Shown one piece after another: positions 51,401 to 62,120 of a DNA stretch of 64,000 bases; position 1 is the first letter of the stretch, and each line of letters starts with the position of its first letter. Under the pieces are notes generated by a model, which worked only from the letters and a program-made list of their open reading frames with translations, searched no databases and had not been told where the DNA came from. A program made the position numbers and the translations under genes. The DNA is from Schmidtea nova (Eukaryota): NCBI GenBank assembly GCA_044892505.1, contig CM097882.1, positions 284,642,001-284,706,000 on the forward strand, in the 5' to 3' direction.

Positions 51401-53385
51401 GTTATCTCTACCTCTTCTACTGGCCACTTTAGTTGTATACCAAATTTATTTTGCAACTCTTTACCACCAATTACTTATGGAGTCATATAACTTACTATCG
51501 TAAACTTTACCCTTCTTTTCCTGCCATTTATTCCTATTTCTAGTTTTGCTTTATCCTTCATTTCTAAAAGCACATCTCGATGTATCACTCATTGTTATTA
51601 GCTCTACATCTTAAAGTTTCTCAAATTTGTTCCAACTCATGACATTTACTGTCGCTCCTGTATCGAGTAAGCATTCCATCTTCTGGTCTTGTATTCTAAT
51701 AGTTACAATTGGCCGTCCTTGCATTTTATAAAAACTAATAATATCGTTTTCCATTCATCTAATGTCATTATTTGTATTTTTTCTCTTTCTCTTTCTGCAA
51801 AATACTTTTTGATGAATCTGTTTACTTTCCTCATTACATTATTATCCTTTCGTTAACTCTGTATCTTTCACATCTTTCTCTATAATAAACGATATTCTAC
51901 TTTTACTATAATAATTAATAATTTGGGAGTCAGCATCGCTGTTTAATACACTTCCCGACTATCTCTTCTTCTATTGGGGCGTTGACGTTTGGGTATTATC
52001 TGTATTTATCTTCTATTTTTTCATCAATTGGTTCGTCTATGAGTGCTACGTATCTCTTGTCTGTCTGTCTTGTCTCCTTTCTCGCTATTTGATAACCATT
52101 CCCTGATTCGTATCACTCTTGTTGCCTACCAAAATTCTGATTGATTCTCCTATATGTCATTCTCTTCAAATTTGTATAGCAATCTGCCTCTTTATGTCCT
52201 CCCAAACTACACCTCTTACACCTTATTTTTGACAATCTCTTTTTGCGTGTTCTCGGGTACCACACGCATAATATTCAACTACCTTTCTCTGCACATGTGG
52301 ACTCTGGCTTTCTACATGTCCTTGTCTTCCACATGTAAAACATATAACTGTCTTCCTTGTTATGCAATCTCTCCTCAAATGTCCTACCTTGTGACATGTC
52401 CAATATCCTCTCTTAGTTCTATTCGGTCTTTCTTCTCGATACTCTCTCTCGGCTAGTTATTATATCTTGGTTATACAATATTTCTTGTTTGATTTGTAAC
52501 CGCGTCTCTGTAACTTCTTGTTATAGTCGGTTCTGGCCTTCTTTCTCTCACTGTATAGATTTCTTCTGCAACTATACGAGATTCGTGTAACTTCTTTATT
52601 TTTTCTTCACTTCGTTGTTATTTTTGTGTCACTTAAACACAATTCTCGCTTCAAAGTTTTCTCGGCTGCACAGTGTACCAGCAGATATTCTGTTAAGCTT
52701 TCCTTGTTTAACTCATGTCCCAATATTTTATAAACTAACTGGTCTATGATCGTAAAATATTTTTTGCCGATTGTAAATCCTCTGCCAACGTTGTTTTCTG
52801 ACGAATGCCTTTCGCATTCTTTCCTTATAGCATTTAATATTTGGATCAACTCCTGTATATATTTCTCTAATACTTTTATCGATCAGTAATTCGACCATCA
52901 CTTGTTTTGAAGTAGGCATTTGAACAACTTTTAAATATTTATCACATTCTTTAATGAATGTTTCAACATCCTCTCCTTATGAAAATCGCTCGGAAATAGT
53001 TTCTTTATGAAGAATTCCATTGACGTGGTCGACATATTAGATGTTGCTAGAAAATTTTCTAAATTATTTCCTAAATCAGATGGAGAAAATGAAGTCATAA
53101 TTCCAAGTTTATATTTTATGAAATATTATATAATTTTTAAACAAATTTTCAGCCTTGAACAAAATATTTTAAAATGTAAATATTTAAAATTATTTATAAA
53201 AATTATATTTTATTAAAATTTAATTATATATTTTACCGACTTAAAAATTAAAATTATTAAAATTATAAAAAATTAAATACTCATTAAATTATAATAATTA
53301 TTTTAAAACTTATTAAATTTAAATTATTTATCATTTTAAATTATTTTAAAAAATCATTAAAATATTTAGTTCTCAGCTGAAAACA
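48427..53385 (-). mobile_element. Full-length degenerate Ty3/Gypsy LTR retrotransposon
   Basis: ~345 bp LTRs at 53035-53385 and 48427-48770; PBS-like TGTCGACCACG; PPT AAAGAAGAGG. Domains: PR CLLDTGAT, RT PWNTP / LCLDF / RMPFG, RH FILDTDAS...ELLAI...TDHKAI, IN HHCC and IDICG / TDCG / NGLIER. Many frameshifts. Confidence 0.93.
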
Positions 53386-53689
53386 CCTCACAGAAATGAT
53401 TGCATTAGTTGTTTGTTACTATCCGTTCATCTATATTTAACAACAAGCCAAGATTGAACTTGCCAAGCTACAGTATAAAAGCGATTATAATCGAAGCAAA
53501 CATCCTTAAGGTGACCCAGTATGGATAAAACTGAACATAAAAAGTCGTGAATATCATAAAACCATTATCAAGTACAACGTTCTCAGCCAGGAATAACGGG
53601 TATTATATGCTGAGAGTAGTACCATATGGGCTATCTACACCACCAGTGCCCCCTCACCTATCCCCCCCCCGATTTTTTTTTTTTTTTTG

Positions 53690-54425
53690 AAATTTTTTGA
53701 ATTTTAAGGTCAATTTTTTACGCCATTTTGAATTTTAAGGTCAAATTTTTACGCCATTTTGAATTTTAAGGTCAAAATTTTACGGCATTTTGAATTTTAA
53801 GGACAAAACTTTACGCCATTTTGAATTTTAAAGTTAATTTTGTACGCCATTTTGAATTTTAAAGTTAATTTTGTACGCCATTTTGAATTTTAAAGTTAAT
53901 TTTGTACGCCATTTTGAATTTTAAGGTTAAATTTCTACGCCATTTTGAATTTCAAGGTCAAGTGGTGTTAAAAATCAAAATATTGTCGGCCATTTTGAAT
54001 CGTCCATTTTGTTTTTCAAGTGGTGTTAAAAATCAAAATATTGTCGGCCATTTTGAATCGGCCATTTTGTTTTTCAAGTGGTGTTAAAAATCAAAATATT
54101 GTCGGCCATTTTGAATCGGCCATTTTGTTTGTCAAGTGGTGTTAAAAATCAAAATATTGTCGGCCATTTTGAATCGGCCATTTTGTTTTCAAGTGGTGTT
54201 AAAAATCAAAATATTGTCGGCCATTTTGTTTTTCAAGTGGTGTTAAAAATCAAAATATTGTCGGCCATTTTGAATCGGCCATTTTGTTTGTCAAGTGGTG
54301 TTAAAAATCAAAATATTGTCGGCCATTTTGAATCGGCCATTTTGAATCAGCCATTTTGTTTTTCAAGTGGTGTTAAAAATCAAAATATTGTCGGCCATTT
54401 TGTTTTTCAAGTGGTGTTAAAAATA
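53690..54425 (+). repeat. Tandem arrays: ~31 bp CGCCATTTTGAATTTTAAGGTCAAATTTTTA units, then nine ~58 bp CAAGTGGTGTTAAAAATC...GGCCATTTTG units
   Basis: Directly visible; mirrored at 63300-64000 with ten 58-mer units. Confidence 0.95.
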
Positions 54426-55609
54426 CAAAATTATGTACTTAATATATGAAAAATATTTTTATTTAATGTAAATTAAGTAAAGTCAAATAAAGTACTTTAT
54501 ATATTAAGTATGTGATATATGAAAAGATTTTTATTTAATTTAAATAAAGTATGTCATATATGAAAATATTTAAAGTCAAATTAAATACTTTATATATGAA
54601 ATTATTTTATTTAATTTAAATAATTTAGCTCATATTGTGAAAAATAAAATAGAAAACAAAATAATAATTATTATAACTTTATTATTTGTATTTTTTGCTT
54701 AAAAAATTTAATATTATTAATATCTATCAAGGAAAGAGAAGACAAGATGAAGAACAAGTGCTTAATATTGCCAGTCCTAAAGAGCGGTGATTAAATGCCT
54801 GTGCCTAAAAGACACGCTGGGCAAGTAATCGCGTCCACAAGGGTCGTCGGTGCCTCCCCCAAAGTGGGGTCAATAGGACCTGGGCATCAATAGTTCGCTA
54901 TCTATAGCGATCACGTCTCAGATAAGCAAGGGTAGCCAGCTACCAAGACATCATCCACAACGTAGTGTTTCATACGCCATGAATGTGCCGGCAAGTTATC
55001 GTCATAGACACTATGACCGAAATTAATTAATATGTACACAAACATTCTCAATCATCGCAGAGGCCTCCCATTAGGTTGGATAACGGTCATCCACCACAAT
55101 GACTAGCATGCTTCATTTAAAAAATAAAATAAGGGATAACAACCCCCCCAACCCTCATTTATTAATATGTATAATAAAATATTAAAGTTTTCTTGTCATT
55201 GTCCTCTCCGGCTTTTCCCAGTCAAATCTAATAATAAAAGATATTGATTAATTATTAAAAGAATAAAAATAGTAATAATAAGAAAAATAAGAACAATAAT
55301 ATTAATTGTAACTTTAATAATAATAAAAGTGTCCCCATCATATATTCTCTTAGTCAAATCTATCAATAACTATTATTGATAGATTTATNNNNNNNNNNNN
55401 NNNNNNNNNNNNNNNNNNNNNNNNNNNNNNNNNNNNNNNNNNNNNNNNNNNNNNNNNNNNNNNNNNNNNNNNNNNNNNNNNNNNNNNNNNNNNNNNNNNN
55501 NNNNNNNNNNNNNNNNNNNNNNNNNNNNNNTTATTATTAATAATAATAAAAACAATATTAATGATAATAATAAAATAATGAATAATGATAATTAATGATA
55601 ATATTAATG

Positions 55610-55649
<40 letters not shown>

Positions 55650-56608
55650 TAATAATAATAATAATAAATATTGATGATNNNNNNNNNNNNNNNNNNNNNN
55701 NNNNNNNNNNNNNNNNNNNNNNNNNNNNNNNNNNNNNNNNNNNNNNNNNNNNNNNNNNNNNNNNNNNNNNNNNNNNNNNNNNNNNNNNNNNNNNNNNNNN
55801 NNNNNNNNNNNNNNNNNNNNNNNNNNNNNNNNNNNNNNNNNNNNNNNNNNNNNNNNNNNNNNNNNNNNNNNNNNNNNNNNNNNNNNNNNNNNNNNNNNNN
55901 NNNNNNNNNNNNNNNNNNNNNNNNNNNNNNNNNNNNNNNNNNNNNNNNNNNNNNNNNNNNNAAAAACAATATTTATATTAATAATAAAAATGATAAAAAT
56001 AATCAATCATAATAAAAGTTTATTTTTACCCTTTTAATATTACACAATGTTTTCTTTGCATTATCTTAATCGTTACACTTCAAAACGCTACACGAGCTTG
56101 AATTTTTAGGTTAAGAATTGCATGAACGACATTTTGAGCATCTATGAGTGTACCATAGCATATGCCTTTAAAATACTTTCTAAAAGCTATTCTTTGTAAA
56201 AAATAAATAACTGTTTGACAAATTTTCCGCTTTCTAGCGACCACCCTGAATTATAAAATTATTAATGATTAATTAAAATATGATTTGTTTTTGTGATATA
56301 TTAATTAATATTTTATTAATTAATTAATCGATTATGATCTTATTGATATATTATCAATACATGTTATCCTTGTCCTGGTTTATCACCACTTAATTGTACA
56401 TGTGTTATTATTATTTATTGGTGTCGCATTAATACCGTACCAGTGACATTTGTAGGGGATCATATGATGTCGTTAATTGTTTAGCCAGAGTTGCAATTGA
56501 AATATTTAGAAATTGAATATTAAATATAATTATAAAAGTAAATAATTAATATTTTTTTTTAAATAATGGAAAAAGGAATGAGTACAAAATTATTGAAAAT
56601 AAACATAC

Positions 56609-57092
56609 CATTGAAGGATATTTGATTTCTGTGAGAAGGTATTTCGAATACTTATACTTGGACATCTCAGTGGCATTGCTGAACACTTGTCTATACAATA
56701 TTCGGAATGTGTTTAACTACCATTTGTGGTAATCAGCATACGACCAATGGACTAGTACTTGATCCGATTCCTAGCATATGTCCCAAATAAGTCATTGGAC
56801 AATTATATTTCAAAAATAACCTTCGAATTCAGTTCTTCAATCATCGGAGCTTCGTTTCCGACGTCCATAAATGACACGGGATTCGTCCAAATACTTGTGA
56901 CGGTGTGTGTCGGTTGAAAGAAAGCATGAACTCTGAATCGGTATTTATTCTGTGGTTGGATGATTTTATCGGTATTATAAAGAATTTATCGGTAATCTAT
57001 AATTAACAGAACAAATAAAAAATGTTACTTGCGATAATTAAATTATAGCTAGACTCTATCCTGCGTCTTTCACACAGAGATTGTTAATAAAA
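56609..57092 (-). pseudogene. FN3-domain gene fragment, left-arm copy
   Basis: Mirror image of 60626-61109. Confidence 0.6.
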
Positions 57093-57833
57093 CTTAACAG
57101 TTAAAAGAAAAGAATTTTTCATCCCAATTCCTGAAATTGTAAAATATAAAAATCGAATTTGTAAACAAAATTATAAATAATGAAATTGCTTAAAACAAAT
57201 ATTTATATATTTATATAATCTTTATATTAATATTTTTATAACTTGAAAATAAATATTTATAAATTGATTTAAACTTTATAAATTAGGTTAAACTTTATAA
57301 ATTAGATTACATTTTTATAATTTACTTTAAAAATTTAAAGAATTTGCTTTTTAATTTACTGTAATATTTTAGTTACAAATGATTTATAAGGGTTTTCATT
57401 GAACTTTTGAATGATAGAGTGATAAAATTTAAATGAGTAAAACATTTCTGAATATGTAAACTAATGCGCGCACAAGTATACTTTATCAACCAAGATTCTT
57501 ATGTTGCACAAAACACTTAGATTGCTTATGTAGAACAAGGTTTTCATGTAGAACAAGGTTCTCATGTAAAACAAGGTTTTCATGTAGAAATTTATTTGGA
57601 TTAATTTGATCGGATTATTCAATCAGAACCCGGTACGCAAAGACAATGATTAAACATTTATAAGTCAGAGTTTTATTGTGAATATTTAGTGGGCATGACA
57701 CTTACAATACAAGTGCACAACACTTACAATACAAGTACAATCAAATTGCACTACTTGTTCAATCAAATGAGTAATACACACACATCTTGGACAAATTTGT
57801 ATAAATACTTGAAAATTTATGATTATTTATAAA

Positions 57834-58125
57834 ATGAAACAAGAAATATTTATTATAAATTTGATTGATGGTCTCTTGTCTAAAGAAAAAGATGATGTAA
57901 TCATATAAAGTTTACAAATCCTAGTGTCCGATGCCGAGAAAATATATAATTCCAATCCCATCGACTATTCATAGATTTTGAACCAAAAATCGGCTACAAG
58001 CAAGAAACACGCATTAAAAAGCGTGTTTTACTCGTTATTTGAGTCTAAAATGGAGTGGTCACATGTCATTGTGGCGTTCATGTATATTAAATAGATAATG
58101 GATAATTCGGGTTCAAATTATGAAA
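57834..58125 (+). pseudogene. Truncated copy of the Bcl-2-family gene (cut at the inner duplication breakpoint; lacks BH2 and TM)
   Basis: Mirror of 59884-59593; the frame runs into the spacer and stops (NYEIVF*). Confidence 0.75.
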
Positions 58126-58354
58126 TTGTATTTTAAATTTTAAAGTTTTATTTAGAACTATAACATGAATTTTAGTATAAAAACCCGCTTTGTTTTTACA
58201 AGAACTTGACTCTAAAAACTATGATATACAGTTTGATTAAAATACAACTATTTTAATTTATTTAACCCGCGCGCGTTCTTTATTTACGATATATTCCCAA
58301 TAATTATTTCAACATTTGTGTCACAGAATATCATTTTATTATGTTAATTTCATG

Positions 58355-59312
58355 CTGGTAGAACCTTGCTAGCAGAACACTAGTAGCAGAACCTTTAGTA
58401 ACAAAACATTTTTTGTGATGGTTTTTATCTGCCAAGGCTCTTACTTGAACATTTATTACTGTTACAATTCAACTTCATTCATCATCAATTGTTATAATAA
58501 TTTCACCCATTAATATTTTCTCGATTGTTTTTTAAAGTAATTATTGGTTTTTCTAATTTTAATGTCGAATTTACTATAACAATTAGTTGACACTCATATA
58601 ATTTTCAAAAATTTTATACAGTAGCAGAACATTGTGAACAGAACATTGCTAGCAGAACATTTAGTAACAAAACATCTTTTGTGATGGTTTTTATGTGCTA
58701 AAGCTCATTACTCACACATATACTACAATAACAATCATTAGCATAATCCTTTATGAACTTCGATCAATGTAACAGACAAATTGTGAAAGTTTATTACATT
58801 TACTGATACATCTTTAATAACAATTATTATGTGAATATTTATTGATTGATGAATATCTATGTATGTTTGATGAATTTCAATGTATTTTTGATATTTTGTG
58901 GGTTTTTTCTTGTAATTGCACTATAGAATGATGATATTTCATGTATGCAATGCAAGTGTATGGTGCATGCAATACAGATGCATGGTGCATGCAATACAGA
59001 TGCATGGTACATGTAATACAGATGCATGACACATGCATATTACGCATCACAGTTATTTATATCAACAATTCAGACTTAAAATGTGATAAGTAACAAAGTA
59101 GTTGAACCCTATTATCAGAACATTAGTATCAGAACCTTAGTAGCAGAACATCTTTTGTGATGGTTTTTATCTGTAAAAGCTCATACTGAATATTTTCATT
59201 CGTGTATCAATAATCTCAAGTATCAGAACCTTCCTAACAGAACATTAATAGCATAACATTGGTAGCAGAACCTCTTTTGTGATGGTTTTTATCTGTAAAA
59301 GCTCATACTGTA
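58355..59312. repeat. Four dispersed ~90 bp modules: 3-4 TAGCAGAAC-type 13-mers plus invariant TTTTGTGATGGTTTTTAT
   Basis: Exact 18 nt core at 58411, 58677, 59153 and 59275. Confidence 0.9.
58958..59040. repeat. 22 bp tandem repeat CATGGTGCATGCAATACAGATG, ~3.5 copies
   Basis: Directly visible. Confidence 0.85.
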
Positions 59313-59347
59313 TTTTCCATTTATATGTCAATTAAACAAAAATAAAT

Positions 59348-59884
59348 TTATTTTCGATAAATTAAATTTACAATAGCATAAATACTACAGAGTCCAATTG
59401 TTATTTTCAACAGATTTTTCAATCTTTCTTTAGTTTTTCTAATAGTTCTACTATTTTCGGTCAATTCTATTAGTTTTTGCCATTGTCCATTTTCTTGAAT
59501 CCAGGGACATATTTCACTTTTGATAATCTTAAATAATCTTAATAATATAATTAAATAAAAACAATATACTTGTACTGACCATTGAAAATAATTTTCATAA
59601 TTTGAACCCGAATTATCCATTATCTATTTAATATACATGAACGCCACAATGACATGTGACCACTCCATTTTAGACTCAAATAACGAGTAAAACACGCTTT
59701 TTAATGCGTGTTTCTTGCTTGTAGCCGATTTTTGGTTCAAAATCTATGAATAGTCGATGGGATTGGAATTATATATTTTCTCGGCATCGGACACTAGGAT
59801 TTGTAAACTTTATATGATTACATCATCTTTTTCTTTAGACAAGAGACCATCAATCAAATTTATAATAAATATTTCTTGTTTCAT
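59348..59884 (-). pseudogene. Bcl-2 family gene (BH3, BH1, BH2, C-terminal TM), two exons (59884-59570, 59527-59348), three in-frame TAA/TAG
   Basis: MKQEIFIINLIDGLL...VII*SLQILVSDAEKIY (BH3-like), SLFESKMEWSHVIVAFMY (BH1-like), CPWIQENGQWQKL (BH2), LLKITIGLCSIYAIVNLIYRK* (TM). The 42 nt GT-AG intron matches the local intron size. Confidence 0.8.
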
Positions 59885-62074
59885 TTTATAAATAATCATA
59901 AATTTTCAAGTATTTATACAAATTTGTCCAAGATGTGTGTGTATTACTCATTTGATTGAACAAGTAGTGCAATTTGATTGTACTTGTATTGTAAGTGTTG
60001 TGCACTTTTATTGTAAGTGTCGTGCCCACTAAATATTCACAATAAAACTGTGACTTATAAATGTTTAATCATTGTCTTTGCGTACCGGGTTCTGATTGAA
60101 TAATCCGATCAAATTAATCCAAATAAATTTCTACATGAAAACCTTGTTTTACATGAGAACCTTGTTCTACATGAAAACCTTGTTCTACATAAGCAATCTA
60201 AGTGTTTTGTGCAACATAAGAATCTTGGTTGATAAAGTATACTTGTGCGCGCATTAGTTTACATATTCAGAAATGTTTTACTCATTTAAATTTTATCACT
60301 CTATCATTCAAAAGTTCAATGAAAACCCTTATAAATCATTTGTAACTAAAATATTACAGTAAATTAAAAAGCAAATTCTTTAAATTTTTAAAGTAAATTA
60401 TAAAAATGTAATCTAATTTATAAAGTTTAACCTAATTTATAAAGTTTAAATCAATTTATAAATATTTATTTTCAAGTTATAAAAATATTAATATAAAGAT
60501 TATATAAATATATAAATATTTGTTTTAAGCAATTTCATTATTTATAATTTTGTTTACAAATTCGATTTTTATATTTTACAATTTCAGGAATTGGGATGAA
60601 AAATTCTTTTCTTTTAACTGTTAAGTTTTATTAACAATCTCTGTGTGAAAGACGCAGGATAGAGTCTAGCTATAATTTAATTATCACAAGTAACATTTTT
60701 TATTTGTTCTGTTAATTATAGATTACCGATAAATTCTTTATAATACCGATAAAATCATCCAACCACAGAATAAATACCGATTCAGAGTTCATGCTTTCTT
60801 TCAACCGACACACACCGTCACAAGTATTTGGACGAATCCCGTGTCATTTATGGACGTCGGAAACGAAGCTCCGATGATTGAAGAACTGAATTCGAAGGTT
60901 ATTTTTGAAATATAATTGTCCAATGACTTATTTGGGACATATGCTAGGAATCGGATCAAGTACTAGTCCATTGGTCGTATGCTGATTACCACAAATGGTA
61001 GTTAAACACATTCCGAATATTGTATAGACAAGTGTTCAGCAATGCCACTGAGATGTCCAAGTATAAGTATTCGAAATACCTTCTCACAGAAATCAAATAT
61101 CCTTCAATGGTATGTTTATTTTCAATAATTTTGTACTCATTCCTTTTTCCATTATTTAAAAAAAAATATTAATTATTTACTTTTATAATTATATTTAATA
61201 TTCAATTTCTAAATATTTCAATTGCAACTCTGGCTAAACAATTAACGACATCATATGATCCCCTACAAATGTCACTGGTACGGTATTAATGCGACACCAA
61301 TAAATAATAATAACACATGTACAATTAAGTGGTGATAAACCAGGACAAGGATAACATGTATTGATAATATATCAATAAGATCATAATCGATTAATTAATT
61401 AATAAAATATTAATTAATATATCACAAAAACAAATCATATTTTAATTAATCATTAATAATTTTATAATTCAGGGTGGTCGCTAGAAAGCGGAAAATTTGT
61501 CAAACAGTTATTTATTTTTTACAAAGAATAGCTTTTAGAAAGTATTTTAAAGGCATATGCTATGGTACACTCATAGATGCTCAAAATGTCGTTCATGCAA
61601 TTCTTAACCTAAAAATTCAAGCTCGTGTAGCGTTTTGAAGTGTAACGATTAAGATAATGCAAAGAAAACATTGTGTAATATTAAAAGGGTAAAAATAAAC
61701 TTTTATTATGATTGATTATTTTTATCATTTTTATTATTAATATAAATATTGTTTTTNNNNNNNNNNNNNNNNNNNNNNNNNNNNNNNNNNNNNNNNNNNN
61801 NNNNNNNNNNNNNNNNNNNNNNNNNNNNNNNNNNNNNNNNNNNNNNNNNNNNNNNNNNNNNNNNNNNNNNNNNNNNNNNNNNNNNNNNNNNNNNNNNNNN
61901 NNNNNNNNNNNNNNNNNNNNNNNNNNNNNNNNNNNNNNNNNNNNNNNNNNNNNNNNNNNNNNNNNNNNNNNNNNNNNNNNNNNNNNNNNNNNNNNNNNNN
62001 NNNNNNNNNNNNNNNNNNNNNNNNNNNNNNNNNNNNNNNNNNNNNATCATCAATATTTATTATTATTATTATTA

Positions 62075-62120
<46 letters not shown>

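Larger units (their letters stand above)
53794..58125 (+). repeat. Left arm of a giant inverted duplication (outer limit at or left of 53794)
   Basis: Reverse complement of 59593-64000; colinear without indels from 56566 to 58125 (coordinate sum 117718), with only scattered substitutions. Confidence 0.97.

Noticed and set aside
53902-54449. ORFs MVLKIKILSAILNRPF... and their mirrors at 63272-63892
   Set aside because: They are translations of the 31 and 58 bp tandem arrays.
58355-59312. Repeat-spacer pattern resembling a CRISPR array
   Set aside because: Spacers are very unequal (~30-390 bp), the repeats are composite, there are no cas genes, and the context is an intron-containing animal genome.
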